Below are positions 1 to 11,581 of a stretch of 64,000 nucleotides of DNA, piece by piece. Position 1 is the stretch's first letter, and each line of letters opens with the position of its first letter. Made by a program: the position numbers and the translations under genes. Source of the DNA: Dudresnaya verticillata (Eukaryota); NCBI GenBank assembly GCA_977862235.1, contig OZ374558.1, positions 868,001-932,000 on the forward strand, in the 5' to 3' direction. The notes under the pieces are model-generated. The model was not told the DNA's origin, did not search any database, and saw nothing but the letters and a program-made list of their open reading frames with translations.

Positions 1-1809
1 AGGCAACCGAGCCCCAATGTGATGGCAAACTTTTATTGGTTGCTTTAGGGGGTCTCGCTCGGGGGAATTAAAAGGCCCATGTGCAGGCACACCAGGGTCA
101 GCTGCAGTGACAGCACTCCGTCACTGTAGTGTACTCCGCAGAGGGGGAAAGGGCAGCGGTGGTTTGTCTAAAATTGGACGGCTGTCGGCATGTTCGGAGA
201 GGGAACCTCTGCAGAGCGAAGGGTGTGGATGGCGGCGATCGTACTGGCAATTCTGTGTAGCTCGTCGGGGTGGCGTCTGGCTTGGAGAGCACATGGAGGG
301 CTTGGGTATGGGATCGAAGGGTTGCACGTTTGGCAGGGTCGTATTTGTGACTACCAAAAACAGAGGTTTGGAAAGTCATAGTCATGCCCTTTTTATACCA
401 AGCCAGTCATATTCAGTCAAATCGTAGTCATCTTTACATATCTACAACTTTCGCGGCAACTTTATGCACTAAGCGTTTAAAGTTGGCTGGCTGCGGGTGC
501 AGAAACCCCTCTTGAGGTAATCTGATCTCCTGCAGCTCGCTTTTCACGCTCACGCGAATCATCTCAGAGATTTCCAGCGTACTTTACAAATACGGCCCTG
601 ACGTTTGTTAGGGCAGGAAGGGGGAAGGGGTAAGGTGCCCAAGTGCCAGCGGATGGCCAGAAGTCTGTCACGGTAGTCGGCGAGTTACAGGGCCGGCGCG
701 GGAAACGAAGAACGTGCAACTTAAAATTCAAAAGGCCTGTTACGAATAGATGCAAAACAACCTTGTTATAAAATGGTTTAATGAGACCTTTATGCATAGG
801 AAAGGCTACAAACTTCCATAATGGTAGGTACATTTGACTGAGCCTTGCGCCACGGCCTCGAAATAGTACAGCTCTAGCAGATGCGCAAGAAAGATCCTTA
901 TGGGACTGTCCTCAGCAGGGATCAGGTAATCTGTGCCTCTGGTGTGTAGTCCTTATCGTGGATAGATAATGTTGTAGGGAACTAGAATGTACCTACCTTC
1001 CTCAAAAAGATATCCGATTGTATTATAGCTGTCAGCACACCATCAGCAGCGGCTGTAAGGTATTCTGGAAGCCCCGCACTGTAATGGTGCGCACATTGAC
1101 GCCCGCTGGTGAGTCGTAGTTGGGCAGCGAGCCGCTAGTTGTTTCGTTGATCTTTAGCAGCGGTCGACCGCATTTCTGCTGGCAGCGGCCGCACGCCACG
1201 TCGCACACGGCGGGCCCCAATGACGCTCTCTGGCATCGAGCCGTTGAGAGGGCCGCTGCCCATCACGCCCTGCGCACGCCCATGGGTAGCCGTTACCCGG
1301 ACGTATCGACACCTTTATGGGCGCGCGCACGCGCACTTCCCATGCTGGTGCTGCAGGGGCGTACCCTCCGTAGATTAGCCATAGGCGCATACCTTGGTAC
1401 AGTATTTAAGGCCGTCTGCCATCGACGGCTCAGTAAACCGGGCAAGCAACAGCTTGCGCTGAAGCTTGGCCCCAGCCTTTCGGGTTCTTTCCCTTTCCTC
1501 TACGCCAGCGGGCAGTTCTCCTTTTCCCCTTGCCTCGCTAAGCTCATCTCTTCGTTTTCCTTTCCGTCGGATTCGTGCCGCCCTTCGAAAGGGACGCCGG
1601 GATCCGACCGCTGTCTCCCCGCGTACGGCACGCCCCGTGCGCGCTCCGGCATCGACGCCGTTGATCCGCACCTGCGGGGCGCACGCGGCCGACACCGCTC
1701 TTCCACAGTCAGCTACCCATCGACGGGTCTGTGTGGCGGCTTCGGACCAGCGAGTAGCAGACTTCGGATCGACCCGATGTTTATACTACACTGATATAGG
1801 CTAGCACTG

Positions 1810-2907
1810 TTCTACTGGACGTGGGAAATGAGTTGTGTCCTTCTACAACACTGAAGCATTCCAATTTTGCCCACTGGGAGGAATTAGTAGCATCGGTACT
1901 GTGGGCGATACTCTGCCGGCATAAGTCACGTGATGCTTGTCCACCTGGTTTATTGCGAAGTTAAGACCTGGTAGATTCCAAGATATACCCGGAGGTCGCA
2001 CGCTGACCTCTACCAGGATTAGTGACTGCGGACACAGCGACCAAGCTGGCCTTGGTCGATGGGTGTTGAATAATGGCGACCTGCAATGGCTTGAGCATCC
2101 GTGCCTAGATATTGTTGCTCTGTAAGAGCCGCCACGAGTCGTTCCGGGCCAGAAGGGAGCGACAAAGGTTCCATGTGCAAGTTCGAGCTGGGTCTTCATA
2201 ATCATAGCTGAGAGCCACTGTGACGGTGGGTTCCAGAGACTGCTCCCCCGATCCCCCCAGATCTCGTTGTATTGAGCGCAGATTGTCTTCATTCTGGTTG
2301 CGGTGCCTCTCCCAAGGGCCAGTAGCGTCGCACCTGCAGCAATTGGAGTGGTGTGACTACTGATCGCACGATGGAAGGGGTAACTCTGCGGGGAATCCAC
2401 GTCCGACTCCAGCGATCTCCCCATTTATTCACGGCCGAGGGGAGCCATTCGGACCTAGTCTGAATATTCATCTGTTGCAGGAGGTCTTGTATCCAGCGGA
2501 GTTCGTCCATCAGCACCGTAGTAGACTAAACCATGGTGGTTATAACTCCCAGGACTACCTGATTGTCTATGTGCAGCAAGATGCTTCTGTTGCCTGCCGG
2601 TAGTATCGCGAGCACTGCTTTGTCCTTTAGAAATTTTCAAACAGGCACAAACCCTCGTAGATTGATCCGTTACAATCTACGGAACTGCGACCAGACGCCT
2701 AGCACTTCAATGGATCCTTGTGCCCCGGGTGTGAGGTTCCTCCCTAAAGTACATCCGAAAACGACATCTTCGGTGTCCCTGTGCAGGTTCCATGAATCTC
2801 TGCCGTCGTACAGCAGATGTCCGTCCCCCTGCAGCATTGTGCGCCGGCCCGGTCGGGATCCAAAGTCCTGTAAGGATTGTAATCGGAAACAGACATTGGC
2901 TGTCATT
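1810..2907 (-). mobile_element. Degraded DIRS/PAT-like YR retrotransposon 'D', 3' part of pol (RNase H and methylase-like region)
   Basis: Frameshifted peptides GDGHLLYDGRDSWNLHRD..VFGCTLGR, EWLPSAVNKWGDRWSRTW and WGDRGSSLWNPP align by eye with the intact pol at 11479-13512. Confidence 0.85.
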
Positions 2908-3533
2908 TGTGGTGCAAACCGTCTAGAGACGAGTAGCACCTCCGGGTAGTTCGATCCCGGTGGGTAGCACGCTGATAGCGACGGTGTGGTAGAGCGTAGG
3001 AAACGCGCCGAGAGCGGACTGTAAACGCCCTGGGCGGTATAGAGGTAGAAACAAAGAAACAAAGAGAAAGGGAAAAAGAGAAAGAGAGAGACGCGTCTGG
3101 GACGTAGGTTGACGCGGAAGCGCGGGCAAAGCTGCACAGTTGCCTTCGTTGGTAACGAGAGGTACGCACTAGCCAAGGAGCTTCAGGTCCGGGTCCGTCT
3201 TGCCGGGATTTACTCAACGTCCCAGACGGGTTATCTAATATACTCGAGATAATGTCGCATTTAGTGGGGCGACAGGGTTCCATTTTGTGGGAAACCGGGG
3301 GTGAAATCGGAACATTTGTTGCAATCACAGGGCGACACATGCTGATTTGGATGAAGTACACATCCGACATTGCGTTTTTGGTTGAAGTAGTATGGTGAAT
3401 TTTTCAAGCCCCATCCGACAAATCCGATAATGCCGGTGACATGCATTGTTTTGTTCACGACGGGGGGTGAGAATGCAACTTTGTTTACTCAGAGGGGTGA
3501 AATCGGATACTAGAGCGCTACTCCAATGCAGTG

Positions 3534-6500
3534 CTACTCCGCGGTATCCCCGTACAACTGCTTCAGAGGGCAATCTTTCACAGTGTGATCAGTGAGACGA
3601 CAGAGAGAGCAGCTGTACACGCGCTTTTTCTTCGCAGCAGGGCCTTTCTCGTACCAGCTCTTCTTACGCTTCCCGGCGTTGTTGAACGGGCGGCCACGGG
3701 GTGGCGGTAAGGCTTTGGGAATCTGGAGGTTTGCCCTCTTTGCGACAGGCAGCTTCGCATTACTTATAACCTCATCCACGGAGAGTTGGGAAGGAAGCTT
3801 ATACTCCACGTTTTCGTATTGTTTCACCCACGCTACAGAAAGATGCCTACTGTCAATAAAGCGATGCAGGTTTCCTACTCCGTGCTTCTCAACAATAACA
3901 GCAACTCCGTGCCAACATGGGAATCCCGATCCATTTGTGGAATACGCACAGCATAGTGGCGGCGTCTGACGGTTTCTGCTGAGTGCCACATGGCGCAGAA
4001 CTGTACCATTCCGCTGACTTGCCACAGTAGCTTCCATTTGCGACGTTCCATCCACAAATCGAACAGATGCCTGATACACACGAGCCCGTTGCGTCAAACG
4101 AGCGAGGTGCTTTTCCGTCCCAGGTGGGACGGGCGAAGAACACGATATCGCACTTTCCTGTCTGCGCAGAAACTGAGTCCTCTGCGCAAGCACCACCCTC
4201 GTAAGCATCTTCTGTGGCTCTACAGATCGAATGTTGTTCCTGAGATCTGCAGACATCTGGCTCTCCGCTCCTTGAGATGTCGTTACCAGGTCCTTAAGTT
4301 TCGAAAACGCCCTATACAGCTCGCAGTCCGGGAAGCGGCTGAGATAGTCCTTCTGTTTCTTTGAAAAATCTCCCTTGATGGTGTTCACTTCTCTTCTTGA
4401 AGGAGCATGAACGGCGCGTTCATACTAACGAAACCCCTGCGCCTTATTGGATCCCAGCTGCGCAGACATGTTCTTCTTCACATGAAGAGGATCGAGGAAC
4501 AAGGCGGCGTTATTCATAACGTCTCTATACGCGGCGTCGATGGACTTCTCTTGATCCACAATTGTCACCCTCTTCTCGATATCGAAGCCCTCAATGTCAC
4601 CACATGCCTTAAAAACTCTCGTCCACGACGCGATGTCTTCTGATCCGACGAAGTGCGTGAAAACTATTGGACACAGTTGATGATTCGCATCGTACCCTAC
4701 GACTTGAAAACTCGTTCCGTATGACTGGTAGCCGACGCTGTCGCATTGTGCTGCATCTGCAGTCGCGGTGAGCCGTCCATTCGCGCAGTAGCTCTTCGCT
4801 ATCGAGGGCACGAATATCAGACCACCGTGTATCGTGCGTCGTATTCAATGTCAGACACATCCACGTCTTCTGCATCGAAAACAGCATCCTTGGGAATGTC
4901 ACCCCCCTTCTTGCACTGCTCGGAGATATGACGGGCAGACTTCCGCCGTGTTTCCTTCATCTCCGTCCCTTCGCAAATTATCACTTCAACTTCATGCCCC
5001 GCTCCTTTCAGCAAATCGGCGTACCCTTCCAGTGCAGCCATGTCAACCGCCCGAGAGACCGTAAAATGCCGAAGAAGCTCTCTTCGAACACTGCGGTAGT
5101 GACTGTACGGCGGTTGACGAAAATAGATGCGCTTGGCACGAACCACAGACGCAATAATCTTGCATGTTGTATTCGGGTCATGGTCGTGCATGTCCTCTAG
5201 AATTGCCCTCGCCACTTGCTGAGGGGTGTATGCCGGGGCGCAGGACGAAGCACGAGACGAGATCTTCATTGGACTCTCAGCGACGTGTTGCCCGAAACAT
5301 TCATTGAGGTGGTCCTGGTACTTATTGAGCTTCCAAAGCCCCGTCTTCGGCTGCCAATCGAACACGAATGTCGCCGGACACCCCTCGGTACGACAACTCA
5401 TGCGTACTTTGACGGCGGTCTGGTGAAGATTAACACCCCGCTGGACGCCAAGGTTCGCTGTATGAGCTCGGATAAGCTGCTCACATCTCCACCGAGCGTT
5501 TAGCGCAATCCCAACCTCCACGTGCACATCCACAATTCCTCGTGGCTTCCAGGTCATTGCGGCCAAACGTTCCGCCCGCAGAGCTTCCCTGGCACGATGC
5601 AGAGCCCGGCGCTTCGGTTGCCGCTTCTGTATGGCACGGCGTTCCTTCTTATCCAGCCCTTCCGGAATTGGGTCTTCAGCAGCAGGCTCTTCTACGTCGT
5701 CTTCCTCGATCTCAATGGCAATGTATGACATCGGGTCGAACTCCTGGTCAGAGTTGTCGTCATCCTCGGAAAAGTTATTGATGTCGTCGGTACCTCCCTC
5801 GTCACCACCAACTTCTTCGATTTCATCCTCACTGAGGGGCGCATTACCGCCATGACCTCCTCCTTGGCTTCCCACGTTGTCGCACCCCCTACGCACACCA
5901 TCACCAGATCCGGGGGGTCCGGTGTTGTCGCCCTCCCCATGGGCAGTGCACTGCAGTGCACTGCCCATGGGGAGGGCGACAACACCGCATGCGGTCTTCG
6001 TCCGGCTCGAGTTGTTCCCCGATGCCAGACTCGCGAATGCCCTCTCTGTTTGGCGGCCCGACGCGTTCGTCGAGACCAGAGTCGGGATCGACAGACTCGG
6101 GACTGGCTTCTTCTGCGGCATCCCGCTGAGTGCGGGACCTAGAAGGACAGAACAGCGCTCCCTCCGAGCCCTTTCCTCCTCAGCCTCCCTACGAGCCCTT
6201 TCCTCCTCGGCTCTCTGCTTCTCAGCCCTCTCCCCTTCCAACCGCTGTGCCCTCTCCCGTTCCAACTTCTCTTCTTGCTCGCGTTGTCGTTTCTCCTGCT
6301 CCTCCTCTTCCTGTCGTTGCTTGTCCTCCTCCTCCCGCCGTCGCAGCTCTTTCTCTTTCTGTATCCGCTCTTGCTCCTCCCGCCGCCTCTCCTTCTCCTG
6401 CTCACACGTTTCCTGCTCCTCGTTCTCCATTCGATCGAGACCAAGCTCTCGTGGGGAGGCGGTCTTGCTAAAAACGATGAAACCCGGCAGTACAACCTCA

Positions 6501-6781
6501 CCATCGTTCTCCTCAGTGACCTCCATGTACCGTATTTCGTTCTCTGTCTGTTTCATTGCACGAGTGAGAACCTTCATGCAACGGTCAGCAGAGCGTGGCT
6601 GAACGGCGTGCACCTTGTCTGGGTGAACGAGAACGGCCAGGTGACGGTAGGTCTTCTTCATTTCGCGCAGGGTGGCCTTGCTTGGTGACGTACAGAACAC
6701 GTCGAGGAGGCTTGTGGCACCCTCTTCGACGGTTGCGAGATGCCGAATCGCCTGCGGTGTGGTTTGAGGCATGACCCGCAT
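3534..6781 (-). pseudogene. MULE transposase in three ORF segments: J-domain, E/R coiled coil, acidic tract, WRKY/GCM1-type C2H2 domain, DDE core, SWIM finger, zinc knuckle
   Basis: 4817-6781: YRHLAVLVHPDK and CRTEGCPATF...W...QDHLNEC; 4425-4811: TADAA, IVDQEKSI, DPLHVKKN; 3534-4388: CCAY...FPCWH (SWIM) and CSLCRLTDHTVKDC. Confidence 0.85.
5920..5987. repeat. Perfect 68-bp palindrome inside the transposase ORF
   Basis: CGGTGTTGTCGCCCTCCCCATGGGCAGTGCACTG is followed directly by its reverse complement. Confidence 0.95.
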
Positions 6782-7860
6782 TTCGAATGTTTGCGCGCGG
6801 CCGGCGGGAAGTTGCGCGCGGCCTGTGGCAGGAGGTGCGCGACGGAGAGGGTGACAGTGTCCACTCGAGGGTGAACCGGTTGACGCAGGCGGAGGACGAC
6901 GGGATGCTGGTTAAGGGGGCGACGGAGCGAGATTTTTTTGGGTGGAAGATGTGCAAACACGAGCCGCGAGCAGTGGTTCGAGGAGTTGCCGCCCCTGCCT
7001 TCGGTTTCCCTGGGCTACTGCACAACATGCACTGATGCACCGGTGACGAGCTTCATTTTTGATGTTTTAGTGGGGTGAACTTAATCTTGTTTGGGGCGAC
7101 ATGTCAAATTCTTGAACCAGGTGGGGGGGGGGACATTTCAGATTTCACCCCCTCCGTGACGCACATTCGGATAATGTCGCCCTCGGGTTCCGACAACTGT
7201 TGCAAATTCAGGTCCCGGCTGCAACAACAAATGGTTTTTCACTCCCGTTTTCCCTCAAAATCGGACCCTGTCGCCCCCCTAAACCCAAAATCTCCCAATA
7301 TACTATTGCTACGATGCGGGCGGCGATGGCGTGGCGTGGCGTGCGGGAACTCGGGACGCGTATCACGCCACCGCGCGTCTGACACGTCGTCGTAGTCATG
7401 CAGCCGCGTACCCGCGGGTAAGGAGTAGCTTACAGGCGTGCGCGCGCATAACGAGTACCTTACTGGCGCGCCCGCGTACCGGTAGAGGTGATCCGGATTC
7501 GGATCCCGATCCCTTCCAGCACTGCTGGCGCGTGGTCATTACAGGCGCACGCCTTAAATAGTGACGGATCCCGATGGGTAATCCCGATGCCGGATCCAGA
7601 TCCAGTCCGGATCTGGGCCATACTTACAGATGCGCGCCTTACACCTCCTGGATCCCGATGGGTGATCCAGATGCGTGCCGCGCCGGGCGTACAGTGCTGG
7701 AGCCGCCAGGCCCGTGCACGATTGCGGCGTCCGTACGCCGTTGGGCCGACCGTCCGTGACGTGTTCGCGCGCGCCCACAGCGATTGGGGCTGCCCGTCGG
7801 TCGTCGGCTTATCACACGCTCAGCGCTAAAAGGGGCCCACCCCCCTTGCACGACATCATT

Positions 7861-9280
7861 ATCGAACCATGCTTCGATAATGACACCCAATGTCTGTTTC
7901 CGACCACCGTCGGGGGCGGTCTTGGAGGTTCGTATAAAGGGGTCGGGTAAAAACGCCGGCCAGGGGGACTGGAAGCAGCTAAGATACAGCGTTGCTCGTA
8001 AACGATACTACGAGTGATTCGCTGACATGTCGGCGACCTGTCATGATTTGATGTAGAAGCGCGGGATGCTATTCGGTCAATCCCTTCCAATTTGTGAGGA
8101 GGTATACAGAAATGAAACGCGTTGGTGTCTATTATCACTCCAAGATGTCTCATTCGCGTGGCGCCGGGGCCCCATACCCCCTTGTCCACATGACGGAGCA
8201 TTGCTAGTTTTGCAAAAAGGTTGTCGAGGATATGAAATATATGACGACAGTATTCGGGCTTGTTTGGATGGCCTTTTCTCCCAGGGGCTATACGATAGTC
8301 ATCCATCCAGACCAAGACCCGCCATTCCATCTCCTCCCTCATACATCTCGTAATAGGGATTAGTGTGTAGCAGAACCAGTAAGGTCTGTGTGTCCAGCCG
8401 AATGGGAGAGCTATTCAGCGGTAGTACTGTCCGTTGTAACGAAAACACCAATCCCACATACGAGGATGTAGTTGAAAATGACGGTATCCCGACTTCTAGT
8501 CGAACGACGACAGGCGGTCTACCTGTATTTAGCAGGATAGAAAGGAACTTAGTGCCTCCATCGGAACGGAACGCTTCCGCCAATGCTGACTCTGCTTTTT
8601 GAGATTGATTACGAATCGAGGTTTCCCCTTTTGTCACTCTACAAATGCAAATGGTACCAGCTTTCCTTGCTTTTACGCACCGCTTGGCATATTTTCTACT
8701 ATTCAATTGGGAATAGCCGAACTTGCAACCTTATTTGAGGTCCTTGGTTACAAGACGAAGGTCCTTTGAGCATTGGGGTATTTGTGGAAGTATTACGCCC
8801 TTGGTAAATTGAATATTTGGGGGTCCCAGATGCCGAACTGTAGCAGGCGGAGGATATAAGCTGTGCCTCCGATCATCTTCCAGGTAAGGGATTTGTTTTG
8901 AATGTGGAACCAACGGCCCTGCGACCAGGACTGCATGCACGGGGAGGGCTCGACCATGGTCAGTACGAGCTAGTCGTTGTTTACGACTCTTCGGTTTTTG
9001 CGGAACTCCCTTTTGTATCCGCGTTACCAACCGCTTGTTTAGTCAGTGCTTTGGATGTTTCAATAGTATACTTTGCAGATAATTCATTAAATACAGAAGG
9101 GTATATTTCTGATAGAATCTGTTCCCGCTGTGCCACAGCTTTGTCTCAACCAAGTCCGCCAACTGCAGGGCCTTTCTCCAGGACAGTCTTGAAATGCGCC
9201 GTACGAAACTCCAAGACCTCCTTGGCAACTTCCAAAGACAGGAAGACGAGATTTAAAAGAGACGCCCTTGTTTTGCAGCA
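7861..9280 (-). mobile_element. Degraded DIRS/PAT-like element 'D', gag C-terminus and RT
   Basis: RVLVWMDDY...LRHVDKGVWGPGATRMRHLGVIIDT; gag-like EVLEFRTAHFKTVLEKGP...ELSAKY; continues at 2907 once the LTR and MULE are removed. Confidence 0.85.
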
Positions 9281-9399
9281 TCTGTCGCCTCGAGAATGAG
9301 AAATATATCTGTTACGAGAGCACTACTCATGTTCTGAAGGTTCACTCTGTAAATGACCAGCGTTTCCTTTCGATTCAGATAACAACTGCGAAGAAAAAG

Positions 9400-9976
9400 G
9401 ACAGAATTTTCCACTATACATTTGTGGCTCTAGGACTGCTAGTATCCTTATACGGAGGCCTTGAACATTTTTGTTATTCCTGTTCTCGTTAGCTTCAGCC
9501 TATTGATCCCGATGGCATGTTGGAATTGCTCACACGATATACAATACAGAGTACCGAAGAAGTTATCGTTGATAGCTTCCGATCAATAAACCGTAGAACG
9601 ATCGGCACTGCTAGTTCTCCTTAATAGTACCTTTTAATTTCCGTACAGGACTTATACCATACTTCAAATCTACATGAATGAGTCAAAGTGAGGGTAAAGT
9701 GCGCATTTACTATTTTTGCGAAAAATACTCAAGACTTGAATGAGCTGATGCCTTTTGTCTGAAGTGAACTTGTTTCAGGTCGTTGGAAAGGTAAAGTTTA
9801 TTCCCATGAAGAAGAAACAGTGTGTGTTTGTATGAGTGGGCAAAGCTCCAGAACATTTCATTCTTAAAATATTTCGCTGTTAACAAGAGCCAATGATTGT
9901 TGGAAACGTCAAGCTCAAGCTCTTCGATTCTATACACAGACCAGAAATGATAATTCTCAGAATGGATTTCTTGCAG
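9400..9976 (-). mobile_element. Possible highly degraded Ty1/copia RT relic (target sequence of element A)
   Basis: Only a weak resemblance (LKQVHFRQ.AISS to the PYRQ.IGSL motif); many stops. Confidence 0.25.
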
Positions 9977-10134
9977 GAAAAGTAAATGACAGTCTTTATA
10001 GATGTAAAGCCTTCATTCCTAACCGATGTCTTGATGAAATTAAAACTAAGAAAGACCATACACACGGTTGTTCTAAACAAAGAAAGGATAGACTTGATGG
10101 TCAATGGATAAGCAGAAGAAGGGTGGGAGGGAGG

Positions 10135-10470
10135 GGAAGAAGGGATAGACTTGCCGTCTCGTAGGGAGAGCGACCGGCGGTGGCTATATATACTGTAGCC
10201 GCCATGTGGGGAGAGACCCCGAGTTGCACTTCGCAGATTATGTTCCCATTGCAAGAACAATATGAACTTTTATCTTCCGGCGCGCGCATGCATCTGTTGG
10301 AGTCCTTCTGATTCTGCTTGCGACGGATGACACAGATTCGTTGCAATTGAGTCCAAACTGGGAACGCAGCCTCATGCTACTCGATCGGGGTTTCGGACGC
10401 TCAGCCGAGTTCGCTATTCCCCGTAGTCATTATCTTTTCATCAGCGTAAACCATTGACACCATATGAAAA
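10135..10470 (-). repeat. 3' copy (A2) of the element A terminal direct repeat
   Basis: Near-identical to 14202-14526 apart from a few substitutions and an 11-bp indel. Confidence 0.95.
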
Positions 10471-10504
10471 TCCCGTCTCGGAACCGTGCATGGCACGGGA
10501 GAGG

Positions 10505-11581
10505 CTACTGCGGGGGTGGGAACCGATCGGTAGGGAGTAGTGACCAGAAGTAGTCCGAGATTTCCGGTGTAACCTCCAGGCGACCATCAAAGTAGACGTT
10601 AACCAGCATGCGGTCAGAACTCCACTGTCCAAGAAAGCGAACAACAGGAATGGGGACCCCAAGCAGGATGAGAGCAGTAACGCTGCCGCTCCGTAGACTA
10701 TGGGAAGAGTAAGAAGTAAAAGGGGGAGGCACAATCTGAAGTGCAGAGAGAAGCCTTTGCAGAGCAGCTGTCACGTGTTGCGCTCCAGGAGTATCTCCTG
10801 CAAATGACCAGTACAAGCGAGAAGGGGGAGCTCGTCGTTGCGCTTCGAAGTACTGTGCTTGAAGGGAGAGAGGGTTTAATGCCCCCGCTGCAGCACAGAG
10901 AAGACTCATAGCGGGTGCCCCCCGAACGGGACGCCCTTTCAAAGTTCGAGGCCGTGCAGTTATGCAGAGGATATCAGAGCTATGTTCTTGTACTTCATGC
11001 CGTACATGGACATCTTGAACTTGAACGGTTCTCCCAGAAGCCTCGCGCCATGACATAAGGTACTGAAATTCAATGAGTGCAGCGTCCCTTTCCTCTCGCG
11101 TTCCCATTGCTTGCTGTAGCCCAAACTGGCGAATGCGAGCAGCAATATTTGCGGGTAGACCCGCGCGGACATCGCGATATGCACCTCGAGCGTCATCCTA
11201 TCGCCGAAAAGCACGAATGAGGTCTTGCAGGACTTGACCTGCACAAGGATCGGGAAGCTCTGCACGTGCATGTGTTGTCCTAATGGCGGATAGGTAGTGG
11301 TCCAAGGACTGGCCGTGGATACGATTCTCTTCAAACAAATGTCCTACATAGGCCAAGACTGTCCCTCGAGACGCTGGGAGTGAACGATGTCCTTCATCCA
11401 TGCAAAAAGTGGTAAACTTTCGCCACTGACTTGACTTCGACTGCACAGTACTCTGGCTCAGTGCATGAGCAGCCAGTCTTATACTGGACGATCCACCCCT
11501 AGTGCGAGGGACGCGATCTCGGATGGCAGACTGGATCGCGAGAGAGGCCGTCGGCCGACTTCGGCTATCTCGATTGCCCAT
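10505..11581 (-). pseudogene. Tyrosine recombinase of element A with one in-frame stop at 11198-11200
   Basis: Core-binding region LPASRGTVLAYVGHL...YLSAIRTTH; catalytic SWRE (R), HSLRSG (HxxR), GQW, VNVY (Y). The two ORF-track segments are in frame, 30 codons apart. Start ATG inferred. Confidence 0.88.

Larger units (their letters stand above)
3245..7295 (-). mobile_element. Mutator-like element (MULE) with imperfect TIRs and 9-bp TSD
   Basis: Left TIR GAGATAATGTCGCATTTAGTGGGGCGACAGGGTTCCATTTTGTGGGAAACCGGGGGTGAAA versus reverse complement of the right end GAGATTTTGGGTTTAGGGGGGCGACAGGGTCCGATTTTGAGGGAAAACGGGAGTGAAA; TSD TAATATACT/CAATATACT; a paralogous empty site exists at ~45530-45560. Confidence 0.9.
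2908..7855. mobile_element. Solo LTR (family C, ~0.9 kb once the MULE is removed) inserted into element D and itself split by a MULE
   Basis: Termini TGTGGTGC...GCACGACA; 5-bp TSD TCATT (2903-2907 and 7856-7860); homologous to 52918-53760 and 45457-46129. Confidence 0.85.

Noticed and set aside
7490..7670. Repeated GGATCCCGATGGGT/GATCCG motifs as a CRISPR-like array
   Set aside because: Short, irregular, no constant repeat-spacer period, inside an LTR, and no cas genes
10385..10446. Hammerhead-like CTGATGA...CGAAAC on the minus strand of repeat A2
   Set aside because: No stem II closing pair or stem I/III pairing found, and it is not conserved in element B
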